From Bradymonadia bacterium (GTDB lineage Bacteria > Myxococcota_A > Bradymonadia > UBA7976 > UBA1532), in contig JBKAGE010000003.1 in the NCBI GenBank assembly GCA_046290225.1, positions 1 through 64,000 on the forward strand: DNA of 64,000 nt, written 5' to 3'. The notes beneath the pieces were generated by a model. That model was given only the letters and a program-made list of their open reading frames with translations, was not told the DNA's origin and did not search any database. The translations under genes and the position numbers were made by a program. Below, piece by piece: positions 17,406-29,781 of the stretch; position 1 is the first letter of the stretch, and the number at the start of each line of letters is the position of its first letter.

Positions 17406-20219
17406 TCAGGTAGTCGCGAAGGCCTGCTCGATGAGCAGCTCTTGTTCCATCTTGTGACTCGCCGCGGATCCCGTTGCCGGGGAAGCGCTCTCGGGTCGGG
17501 CCACCCACTTGAGGGGGTGACGATCGACGAGGCGCTCGCCGAAGCGCAACCGCAGGTAGGGCCAGGCTCCCATGTTCATGGGCTCTTCCTGGACCCAGAA
17601 CACCTCGGTCTCTGGAGCGTAGATGCTCAGCACCTGCGAGAGTTCCGCCGCCCGCAGCGGATAGAGCTGCTCCAGCCGGATGATGGCGACGTGATCAGCC
17701 CCCATGGAGGCCCGGGCCTGCTCCAGCTCGTAGTAGATCTTCCCGGAGCACATCAGGACCCGCTTGACCTGCTTGGGAGCCCGGTCGCCGACGTCGGGCA
17801 GGATCCGCTTGAACGTGCCTGTGGTGAGCTCGTCCATGCTGGAGGTGGCCGCCGGCAGGCGGAGCAGGCTCTTGGGGGTCATGATGACCAGAGGCTTGCG
17901 GATCTTGCGGTTCACCTGACGACGGAGCAGGTGGAAGATCTGCGCCGGCGTGGTGACGTTGCAGACCTGCATGTTGTCCTGAGCACAGAGGTTCAGGTAG
18001 CGCTCCAAGCGGGCGCTGGAGTGCTCGGGGCCCTGGCCTTCGAAGCCGTGGGGCAGCTTGAGCACCAGACCGCTGAGACGCTGCCACTTCTCCTCGGAGC
18101 TGCTGATGAACTGGTCGGTGATCACCTGAGCCACGTTGGAGAAGTCGCCGAACTGGGCCTCCCAGATGACGAGCTGATCCGGGGCGTCGAGGCTGTAGCC
18201 GTACTCGAAGCCCATCACGCCGATCTCCGACAGAGGGCTGTTCACCGCCCGCAGGTGGGCCTGGTCATCGCGGATCATGTTCACGGGCACACAGAGGCGG
18301 CCGTTCTTGTGATCGTGCCAGACCGCGTGGCGGTGGCTGAAGGTGCCGCGCTGGGCATCCTGACCGCTCAGGCGGATCGGCGTACCCTCGAGCAGCAAGC
18401 TGCCGTACGCGAGGGCCTCGGCGCCGCCCCAGTCGAGGGGCTTCTCACCTGTGGCCATGGCCATGCGGGCCTTGAGCAGACGCTTGAGCTTCGGATGGAT
18501 GTTGAAGTCTTCCGGCTCCGTGGCCAGGTGCGTCATGATCTCGGTGAGGGTGGCCTTGTCGACGCCGGTCTCCACGTCGGGCACAGCCTCGTCGGCGCCG
18601 CCGATGTAGGGGGTCCAGAGGCCACCGCCGAACTCGAGCTGGTACTCGTAATCGGGCGAGCGCGACTCCGACAGCGCCGTCTCGAGGCGGGTCTTGCGTC
18701 GCTTGGCGATCTTCTCGCCGTCCTCTTTGTTGATCTCCCCCATCTTGTAGAGGTTCTCGAGGTAGGCCTTGCGCACCGTGGTGCGCTTCTTGATGGCCTG
18801 GTACATCAGCGGCTGGGTGTACTCAGGCTCGTCGCCCTCGTTGTGGCCGTAGCGCCGATAGCACCACATGTCGATGACCACGTCTTTGCGGAACTTGCTG
18901 CGGAAGTTCATGGCGAGGGTGATGGCCCGGGCCACGGCCTCGGGGTGCTCACCGTTCACGTGAATCACCGGGATCTGCAGCATCTTGGCGATGTCGGTGC
19001 CGTAGTAGGACGACCGCGCCGCCTCGGGGGGCGTGGTGAAGCCGATCTGGTTGTTGACGATGATGTGCACCGTCCCGCCGACCCGATAGCCCCACAGCTC
19101 GCTGAGGTTGAAGGTCTCCTGGGAGACACCCTGGCCGATGAAGGCGGCGTCACCATGGATGAGCAGGGGCATCACCCGGCTGTGCTCTTCGTCGTGACGA
19201 CGGTCCTGTTTGGCCCGCACGCGGCCGATGGCCACGGGGTTCACGAACTCGAGGTGGCTGGGGTTGAAGCACAACGTCAGGTGGATCTGAGCGCCACTGG
19301 TGGTCGCCACGTCGGTGGAGTAACCGAGGTGGTACTTCACGTCGCCGCCACCGAAGTGCAGGTCGGGATCCTTGTCGGCGAACTCGCGGAAGATCAAATC
19401 GGGCGACTTGCCCATGATGTTGGCGAGCACGTTGAGCCGGCCGCGGTGGGCCATGGCGATGACGATCTCTTCCACATCGTGGCGACCGGCCTCTTCGATG
19501 GCCAGATCAAGGAGCGGGATGAGGCTCTCGCCGCCCTCGAGGGAGAAGCGCTTCGCTCCGAGGAACTTGTTGTGGATGAACTGCTCGAAGATCTCGGCGT
19601 CGGTGAGCTTGGTCAGAATGCGCAGCTGGGTCTCACGGGTGAGGCTCTGCTGGTTCTGAGTGGTCTCCATTCGCTCCTGGAGCCAGTGCTTGATGTGCAC
19701 ATCGTCGATGTGCATGTACTGCACGCCGATGCTCCCACAATAGGTGCGCTTGAGCCGGTCGAGGATGTTGCGCAGGGTGTCGATGGCTGGGCCGCCGCCC
19801 ACAGTGTTCGCGGAGAACTTGCGGTCGAGATCGGCTTCCGTGAGGCCGTACCACGAGATGTCGAGCTCGGGGTGGGGCTCACGGGGCAGGCCGAGGGGAT
19901 CGAGATCGGCGATCATGTGCCCGCGGACTCGATAGGCCCGAACAAGCTGATCCACTCGATCCTGACGCTCTGCGACACCCGAGATGTTCGGCGCCGCGCC
20001 ACCACCGTTGCTGGGAGGATTGAACACGGTGGTGGGGGTGAAGCTCGGTCCCAGCCGGGCCGGCTGCCCCGATCCGGGCTGCCCGTTCTGGCTGTGGAGA
20101 TCATCGAAGTAGGCCCGCCACTCCGGCTCCACGGAGCTGGGATCGGCAGTGTACTGGGCGTAGAGGGCTTCGATGAAGGCGAGGTTCTGACCGTTGAGGG
20201 GGTTGTTGTCACCCTGCAT
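17406..20219 (-). CDS. sucA: 2-oxoglutarate dehydrogenase E1
   Basis: KRFSLEG, MAHRGRLN, GDVKYH, HGDAAF, WEAQFGDF, GQGPEHSSAR; ATG at 20219 follows GGGAG. Confidence 0.97.
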   Translation of the reverse strand: MQGDNNPLNGQNLAFIEALYAQYTADPSSVEPEWRAYFDDLHSQNGQPGSGQPARLGPSFTPTTVFNPPSNGGGAAPNISGVAERQDRVDQLVRAYRVRGHMIADLDPLGLPREPHPELDISWYGLTEADLDRKFSANTVGGGPAIDTLRNILDRLKRTYCGSIGVQYMHIDDVHIKHWLQERMETTQNQQSLTRETQLRILTKLTDAEIFEQFIHNKFLGAKRFSLEGGESLIPLLDLAIEEAGRHDVEEIVIAMAHRGRLNVLANIMGKSPDLIFREFADKDPDLHFGGGDVKYHLGYSTDVATTSGAQIHLTLCFNPSHLEFVNPVAIGRVRAKQDRRHDEEHSRVMPLLIHGDAAFIGQGVSQETFNLSELWGYRVGGTVHIIVNNQIGFTTPPEAARSSYYGTDIAKMLQIPVIHVNGEHPEAVARAITLAMNFRSKFRKDVVIDMWCYRRYGHNEGDEPEYTQPLMYQAIKKRTTVRKAYLENLYKMGEINKEDGEKIAKRRKTRLETALSESRSPDYEYQLEFGGGLWTPYIGGADEAVPDVETGVDKATLTEIMTHLATEPEDFNIHPKLKRLLKARMAMATGEKPLDWGGAEALAYGSLLLEGTPIRLSGQDAQRGTFSHRHAVWHDHKNGRLCVPVNMIRDDQAHLRAVNSPLSEIGVMGFEYGYSLDAPDQLVIWEAQFGDFSNVAQVITDQFISSSEEKWQRLSGLVLKLPHGFEGQGPEHSSARLERYLNLCAQDNMQVCNVTTPAQIFHLLRRQVNRKIRKPLVIMTPKSLLRLPAATSSMDELTTGTFKRILPDVGDRAPKQVKRVLMCSGKIYYELEQARASMGADHVAIIRLEQLYPLRAAELSQVLSIYAPETEVFWVQEEPMNMGAWPYLRLRFGERLVDRHPLKWVARPESASPATGSAASHKMEQELLIEQAFATT

Positions 20220-20366
20220 GGGTTGTTCGCTCCCTTGGGGCCCATCGAGGGGCGCCTTGGTTGTCGCCAGGGCGTGGACTCTGAGCACACCCTTTTGGGT
20301 GCGGCATTCTGGCTCAGGTACGACATGATGTCGAGCCTAGAAGCAGTGAATTCAGCGCCTCAATGT

Positions 20367-21221
20367 TCAAGGTCTCAGCGGTTGGGGTGATCCTGCCCCC
20401 GAGACCTGCGAGACCTGCATCTCAGATGCGCGGCCCCGAACACAGATGCACGCCACCTCAGCTTGGGCGCGCCGACTGCGAAAAGGAAAGACGGCAGCAC
20501 CGATGCCGCGGTTTACATAAACGCCCGTAGGGCCAGCGTCGTACCACCCGAGAATGTAGTCGTGACCCATGCGCGTCATGATCCGATGGGTCAATCCTGC
20601 CACGTGCACCTGACCGCCGTGGGTATGCCCGGAGAGGACCAGCGCAGCGCCACGGGTGCTCACCTCGGTGGCCATCTCTGCCAGGTGACTGAGCACGAGA
20701 ATTGGCCCGTCCTCCCCGGAGACGTCAGAGAACGCTGCGTCGAGATCGTGGTTGCCGGTCACTGGATCATCCAGGCCCACGATCTGCCAGGGCTGGCCAC
20801 CCACCTGAATCGTCTCTGATGTGTTGTTCAGAACCCGGATCCCAGCGGAGGTCAGCGCCTTCGAGACCTCGTCGGGGCCGTGCCAGTGATCGTGGTTGCC
20901 CAGCACGGCGAAGGCTGGAGCGGACAGCGCCTCGAGGCTACGGGTGAGCCGGGGCAGATAGCGCAAACTGTGGGCGATGAAGTCACCGGTGAGGCAGACG
21001 ATGTCGGGCTCGGCGTCATTGACGGCGTCAACGGCGGCGCGGAGCCGAGCTTCGGGGGTGACTCTGCCGATGTGCAGGTCCGAGAGGTGAGCGATGGTGA
21101 GCTCAGCCTCTGCGGGGCCACGGGGCAACCACACATCATAGTGGCGCTCGATGACGTGCGTCGATCGCCCGACGAGGGCTGCAGCGAGGCCGGATCGCCC
21201 GCGGCGAGGGTGGCGCTTCAC
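20367..21221 (-). CDS. Calcineurin-like metallophosphoesterase (YkuE/YaeI type)
   Basis: SDLH, TGD, GNHD and SGHTHGGQ motifs. Confidence 0.9.
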   Translation of the reverse strand: MKRHPRRGRSGLAAALVGRSTHVIERHYDVWLPRGPAEAELTIAHLSDLHIGRVTPEARLRAAVDAVNDAEPDIVCLTGDFIAHSLRYLPRLTRSLEALSAPAFAVLGNHDHWHGPDEVSKALTSAGIRVLNNTSETIQVGGQPWQIVGLDDPVTGNHDLDAAFSDVSGEDGPILVLSHLAEMATEVSTRGAALVLSGHTHGGQVHVAGLTHRIMTRMGHDYILGWYDAGPTGVYVNRGIGAAVFPFRSRRAQAEVACICVRGRASEMQVSQVSGAGSPQPLRP

Positions 21222-22846
21222 TTCTTGGGCGGCGCGCAGGTGAGGTGCTCGAGGGCAAAGACCCCGAGGGTGTTGATGCCCATACCCCTGAGCCGGCCAT
21301 CGAGCAGGTGGACCCGAGAGTCGATGATGATGGGGCTCATGTGGCCGCCCTTGAACAGTTCAGTCTGGCCACGCATGTACGTATCGCGGGCGTCGGCCAG
21401 GTGCCGAGTGAATCGGCCCTCTTTGTGGTAGTCGTTCAGGCCTTTGAGGTCCCAATTGAAGACGTTGCCCGATCCGCCTGGCAGAAACTGGCTCACGCTC
21501 CGCCTCACGCTCCGCGTATGGGGCGTGTGACGGATGAGCTGCATGTGAGGCTTGGGGCTCTTGTCGCCGGCCTTCGGTGAGAAGGGTTTGATCTCGACGC
21601 CGAGGGTCGATTTGACGTCCTCGGCGATGTACTTCGCGAGCTCCCGCATGATGGGGGTGTCGGGGTGGGCGAGATAAAGCGGCGCCTTGGGCGGCTTCTT
21701 CACCTGCTTGAAGGCGCCCTGAGCGCGATCAGTGTTCTCGTCGGTCTGCGCCGGGGCCCTGAAGTCAGGCACGTCAGGGAAGCACTGGCCCGCGATCCGT
21801 TTGCCCCCGGGCATCAGGGCGCATATCTGGCTGCGGCGAATCGCCAGGCCGATGGCATATCGCATCTCCATCTGCTCGAGTCCCTTGCGAGTGCTGTCGA
21901 GGACCAGGATCACGACCTCGGATGAGGGATCCGCCCGATAGCCTCGCTGATCCGCGGGGTTGGCGATCGCCCGGTGAGGCAGACCGAGAGGCCCGGTCCA
22001 GTCGAGACGGCCCGCGTCGAACTCCGCTTGAAGCTTGCTGGGAGATGCCAGCGTCGTGCGGATCGTGGCGAGCTCCACGTGCTTGGCCCGCCGATACTTG
22101 GGGTTGCGCACCAGCTCGGGGCTGCCCTCACTGCTCTCCGTGGAGAGTATGTAGGGGCCGTTGAAGACCATGGCGCTCAAGGCCTTGCCCTCTGGCCACC
22201 TGGCATCGCCATCAGCAAAGGCGTGTGCCGGGAGGGGCAAGAGCGGGGGCATCGCCAGTCGGTCGTAGAGATCATGTGTGGCATCGACGAATTCGAGGGT
22301 GAGGGTGCGATCGTTGACCGCTTTGATGCCCACCTTCGAAAAATCCGGATCGGTCTTCAGGTGGTAGCTCTCGGCGCCCACGATGCTGAAGAGCTCCTTC
22401 ACCCGAGGGATGGCGGGCTGAGTCTCCAGGGCGCGCTTCACCGAGAAGACGAAGTCGTGGGCCGTCACAGGCTTGCCATCGCTCCAGACCGCCGTGGGCG
22501 ACAACGTGATCTCGTATCGCTGCGCATCTTCGCTGGCGACGATCTTCTGCGCCACGGCGAGCTCGGCGACGCCCTCGTGAGCGCCGAAGCGCGTGAGCCC
22601 TTCGAACAAGAGGGTGGTCAGGGTGTCTTCGGCGCGGTCGTCCGACTGGGCAGGGTCGAGGGTGTCGAGGGGCCTCTGGAGACCCATGGTCATTTCACAG
22701 GGCGGAGGCGGCGCAGCATCGGGCGGTGAGGCGTCGGGGATCGCCCGCTTCGAGGCGGCGTCGGGGCTCTTGTCGCTCTTGGTGCTGCAGCCTGTGCTGC
22801 ACAGGGCGAAGAGGGCGAGGGCGCTGAACGATCTCCACAGGCGCAT
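21218..22846 (-). CDS. Peptide ABC transporter substrate-binding lipoprotein (OppA/family 5)
   Basis: Lipobox-like STGC, TLDPAQ, LFEGL, WSDGKPVTAHDF, NGPY, RNPKY. Confidence 0.85.
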   Translation of the reverse strand: MRLWRSFSALALFALCSTGCSTKSDKSPDAASKRAIPDASPPDAAPPPPCEMTMGLQRPLDTLDPAQSDDRAEDTLTTLLFEGLTRFGAHEGVAELAVAQKIVASEDAQRYEITLSPTAVWSDGKPVTAHDFVFSVKRALETQPAIPRVKELFSIVGAESYHLKTDPDFSKVGIKAVNDRTLTLEFVDATHDLYDRLAMPPLLPLPAHAFADGDARWPEGKALSAMVFNGPYILSTESSEGSPELVRNPKYRRAKHVELATIRTTLASPSKLQAEFDAGRLDWTGPLGLPHRAIANPADQRGYRADPSSEVVILVLDSTRKGLEQMEMRYAIGLAIRRSQICALMPGGKRIAGQCFPDVPDFRAPAQTDENTDRAQGAFKQVKKPPKAPLYLAHPDTPIMRELAKYIAEDVKSTLGVEIKPFSPKAGDKSPKPHMQLIRHTPHTRSVRRSVSQFLPGGSGNVFNWDLKGLNDYHKEGRFTRHLADARDTYMRGQTELFKGGHMSPIIIDSRVHLLDGRLRGMGINTLGVFALEHLTCAPPKK

Positions 22847-23015
22847 AGGGGCTCCTGAATACGGTTCGATTCACAGGGGATTTGAGTTCTCACACCACCG
22901 AACCTAAGGCAAGGCTTCACCCTTATCCGGTGAATTTTCATCATCTCCCCGTGCTGTACGTCCGATACCAGATACAGGCCAACTGGACGAGCACAAGAGG
23001 CTCAGGGAAGAGACG

Positions 23016-23816
23016 ATGGCGGTGTTGCTGCCTCAGCGTTTCAAAGACATGAGATCTGCGGTGAAGGCTGTGGGCAGCGCGATGCTGCAAGCCTCTTCGG
23101 AAGCCCCCCTCGGAGAGGCGCGCTGGCTGATGGCGAGCCACGGCGGCGTGATGCAACTGGTGAGCCCTCACCCTGAACACTTCGAGCGTCGGCTGATCGT
23201 GCTGCCGCGACCGGACGGTGAGGGTGAGCGTTGGGCGGATCGATGTGATCGCCGCATCAAGTGTCTCGACACACATCTCAAAGAGAGCAGCATGGGCCGG
23301 ATCGTCCAGCATGCCTTTTTGGAGACCGGGTGTTTCTGTGTGGTGATGATTCGGCCCGGTTTGCCTCTTCAGGCCCTCGATCCCAAGCTCCTCGACGAGC
23401 AGCAAGTGGCGGGCTTGCTCACCCACCTCATCTCTGATCTCGAGCGATACCTGAAGCTGACCCGTGACGAGCAGCTTCTGCATCTGAGCTCTCTCGAAGT
23501 GGCTCGAGTCCCTCAGAAGGGCCAGAAGGCGAGTCTGCGGGTGAAACTCGACGCCACCGCGCTTGTGACGGGGCTCAGTGGCCCACCTCGACCGCTCACC
23601 GAGGCCCAGGTGGTCTCGGGTGTGTGCCGTCTCTGGTCATCGAAGATCAAGGGGTGGGGTCGGATCGGAGATCCGCAGGTGGCGCTCATGGGGCCTTGGC
23701 TGGCCCGTCGAAGAGCGCACAGCCTCTCTCGCTCTCTCAATGGCCTGGCAGAGCGCTTGGAGAAGGCTGAGCCCAGTCGCGCGGAGATCGATGCCTGGCT
23801 CGCAGGGATGAGCTGA
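23016..23816 (+). CDS. Hypothetical protein, possible pseudokinase fold
   Basis: 266 aa ORF between divergent and convergent neighbours; weak kinase-like spacing (FCVVMIRPGLPL, VKLD) with no catalytic motifs. Confidence 0.55.
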   Translation: MAVLLPQRFKDMRSAVKAVGSAMLQASSEAPLGEARWLMASHGGVMQLVSPHPEHFERRLIVLPRPDGEGERWADRCDRRIKCLDTHLKESSMGRIVQHAFLETGCFCVVMIRPGLPLQALDPKLLDEQQVAGLLTHLISDLERYLKLTRDEQLLHLSSLEVARVPQKGQKASLRVKLDATALVTGLSGPPRPLTEAQVVSGVCRLWSSKIKGWGRIGDPQVALMGPWLARRRAHSLSRSLNGLAERLEKAEPSRAEIDAWLAGMS

Positions 23817-23833
23817 GCCAGGCCGCTTCGAGA

Positions 23834-24982
23834 TCACTCGAAGGCGCTGAGCAACCAGGTCGAGAGCAACACGTAATTGGGATCGTCGGTGCCGTCGAAG
23901 ACCACTCGACCACCATGGTTGCGATCGAGGGGTTTGGTGAGGACCAGCGAGCGGGGCAGATCCACCGGGTTTACGTACCACTGGCTCACCAGCAGATTCC
24001 ACCGCTGGTCACATTCGTTCTGCAGCTCGGTCAGGTAGTACAAACCACCACCATCTCCAGGCTCGCTGTGACACCCGGGTTGGGTGGCACAGGTCTCCAC
24101 GATCATCGGGTTCACCTCGGTGACGAACTGATCGATGTCGAAACGGTTGAAGACCTCGAACTGTGGGATCCCCTCACACGGCACAGGTGGGGGATCGAGG
24201 CGCATGTCTGGTGGCCCGAACTCGGCATCGGGCTCGTCCGGAGGCCCCATGTCCTCAGGTGGAGGCGGGACGAACATGTCCGGTACGGGCACTGCATCCT
24301 CGATCCAGCTGATCAGCGTGTTGTACGGCTGAGTGCCTTCGGGCATCGGGGGGGTCGCCACCGGGTGGATCGGGCTGCTGTTCTGATCGCTCCTGGCGAA
24401 GATCATGAGGGCACTGCCCTCGGGGTTGCAGAAGTTCACCAGCCGCAACGTTTCGTCGAGGTTGGCCTGCTGTTGCTCGTCGTTGATCCCGTTGGTGGAC
24501 TCCCAGAAACGGAAGGCACCATCTTCAGGATCGACATTGGGCTCTCGAGCGGCTCCGTGACAGCCACGCCCGCCACAGCCGATGGTAAGCGCGGGCACCA
24601 CCTCCTCGGCAAAGCGTGTCACGTCGGGCTCGGGCATCTCACAGGGGGGTGGACCAGGGGGAGGCCCGGCATCTTCCTCGGCCATCTGACCGCCCATACC
24701 GCCCGATCCTCCAGGAGGCAGACCACCAGTGCCGCCCATGCCACCTGTCATGGCGCCGCCTTCTCCACCAGAGCCGCCCATGGCGATCTCACCCCCCGCA
24801 GCGCCGTCACCCCCTGTGCCTCCGGATCCACCTGGATCGGGCATGCCTCCGACAGCCATGTCCATCCCAGGAGGTGGAGCTGCCGAGTCAGGGCCTAAAT
24901 CGAGCACCTGACTCTCACAGGCGACGGCGATACAGGCACAGGCGGTCACGAGCACGGATCGAGGGCGTATGGGTGACACCAT
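23834..24982 (-). CDS. Stalked lipoprotein with two planctomycete-cytochrome-like domains (CX4CH, CX5CH)
   Basis: Lipobox IAVAC, Gly/Pro-rich linkers, FAEEVVPALTIGCGGRGCH and FVTEVNPMIVETCATQPGCH. Confidence 0.75.
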   Translation of the reverse strand: MVSPIRPRSVLVTACACIAVACESQVLDLGPDSAAPPPGMDMAVGGMPDPGGSGGTGGDGAAGGEIAMGGSGGEGGAMTGGMGGTGGLPPGGSGGMGGQMAEEDAGPPPGPPPCEMPEPDVTRFAEEVVPALTIGCGGRGCHGAAREPNVDPEDGAFRFWESTNGINDEQQQANLDETLRLVNFCNPEGSALMIFARSDQNSSPIHPVATPPMPEGTQPYNTLISWIEDAVPVPDMFVPPPPEDMGPPDEPDAEFGPPDMRLDPPPVPCEGIPQFEVFNRFDIDQFVTEVNPMIVETCATQPGCHSEPGDGGGLYYLTELQNECDQRWNLLVSQWYVNPVDLPRSLVLTKPLDRNHGGRVVFDGTDDPNYVLLSTWLLSAFE

Positions 24983-25102
24983 TTCAGGCCTCAGCAGAGA
25001 TGGGGGAGAAACGCGACCCAAAAAGGGTCAGAGGTGAGATACGTGGTGGCCACTTTCGGTTGCCAGTGACCGCCACGTTGCGCACGCCGAGCCTGCGGTG
25101 AA

Positions 25103-28486
<3,384 letters not shown>

Positions 28487-28766
28487 ACGCGCTGGAAAAA
28501 GTTAGGGACCCGGAGCGCCTCGACACCATGTCGGAGCACTTCAATCGCGTCACCGTAGATATTGAGCAAGTTGACTCGGGAGCCACCTTACCACACACCC
28601 CCAGAAGCAGTGAACATGCCAAGGGGCGAATCTTTAAAGGTGTCGCGATTTTCCCCTTTGTCGGCGCATATGACCGACAACCTTGATGAATTCCTACATG
28701 AGGTCACTGGGGACTCGGGACCCCACCCTCAAGTGGGTCATCTTGGACTCAGGTGGGGCCGGCAAA

Positions 28767-28789
28767 CCCCGGCGCCGGGGCTTTTTTTT
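28767..28789 (+). terminator. Intrinsic terminator in the divergent intergenic region upstream of lgt
   Basis: Palindrome CCCCGGCGCCGGGG followed by C and T8. Confidence 0.7.
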
Positions 28790-28860
28790 CTCGTCGATGT
28801 TGTGCCATGGTTCCGCCGCTTGTCGGCAAGGCCGACGATCCACGTTTGTGAGGAACACCT

Positions 28861-29718
28861 GTGGTCTGGGATCCTGATCCAATACTCGTGCAGCTCGGCC
28901 CCATCGCCATCCGATACTACGGCGTGATCTACGCTGTGGCGCTCATGGGGGCCTTCTATTTGTTCCGGTGGCAGATGCTCCGGGCAGGGCATCCGGAGAA
29001 GGAAGCGGACACCTTCCTGACGATGGGCGTGCTCGGGGCGATCATCGGCGCCCGCCTTGGCCATGTCTTCTTCTACGACGCCCAGCGGTATCTCGCTGAT
29101 CCGATCACGATCCTCTACATCCACAAGGGGGGGCTCGCGAGCCACGGCGCCACCATCGCCCTCGTGCTGGTGTTGTTCTATTACGCTTGGCGTTTCAAGG
29201 TGCACTTCACCGAAGTCTTCGACAGTTTCTCATTCGGCGCTGCATGGGCGGCGATCCTGATCCGCGTGGGGAACTTCATGAACAGTGAGATCGTGGGCCG
29301 GCCCACAGGGAGCGACTGGGGTGTGCAGTTCCCGCGTCACGATGCGCCATCGCTGTTCAAGGGCGATGCAGTGGTCAACCCCGACGCGTATCAAGCAGCG
29401 CTCGCCAATGTACCCCTGCGCCACCCCAGCCAGCTGTACGAAGTAGGCCTGGGCATCCTGGTGTTGCTGGCTCTGCTTGCGGTCGATCGCAAATTCGGGG
29501 CGCAGCGGCCTCGCGGTCTGCTCGGGGGCATGTTCTTCCTGCTGTACTTCACGGGTCGTTTCACCGTGGAGTTCTTCAAGGATTTCCAGACCCTCGATGC
29601 TCAGCAGTCCACGCTTACCATGGGCCAGTACCTCTCGATCCCCTTCATGATCCTGGGCACCGCCTGGATCGTCTACAGCCTCAAGAAGAAGCACCCCACC
29701 ACCATCATCTCCTCTTGA
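28861..29718 (+). CDS. lgt: Prolipoprotein diacylglyceryl transferase
   Basis: IRYYG, IIGARLGHVFFY, GGLASHG, RVGNFMNSEIVGRPT, RHPSQLYE, RFTVEFFK, MGQYLSIP. Confidence 0.95.
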   Translation: MVWDPDPILVQLGPIAIRYYGVIYAVALMGAFYLFRWQMLRAGHPEKEADTFLTMGVLGAIIGARLGHVFFYDAQRYLADPITILYIHKGGLASHGATIALVLVLFYYAWRFKVHFTEVFDSFSFGAAWAAILIRVGNFMNSEIVGRPTGSDWGVQFPRHDAPSLFKGDAVVNPDAYQAALANVPLRHPSQLYEVGLGILVLLALLAVDRKFGAQRPRGLLGGMFFLLYFTGRFTVEFFKDFQTLDAQQSTLTMGQYLSIPFMILGTAWIVYSLKKKHPTTIISS

Positions 29719-29781
29719 CGCTGTACTGAATCCGGGGATACCCTCCGCCGCTTCCACGCAGTGAGCAGAGGGCACAGCGCT

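Noticed and set aside
17442..20390. 982 aa plus-strand ORF, and similar long ORFs at 25286-27808, 8926-10542, 16263-17393, 43639-45051 and 2947-4677
   Set aside because: They are antisense shadows of well-supported genes. Strong G/C third-position bias removes stops on the opposite strand, and the translations show no recognisable domains.
28755..28790. GGCAAACCCC resembling the start of a c-di-GMP-I riboswitch
   Set aside because: The GNRA-capped stem and the downstream GACGCAAA core are missing; the segment reads better as an intrinsic terminator.
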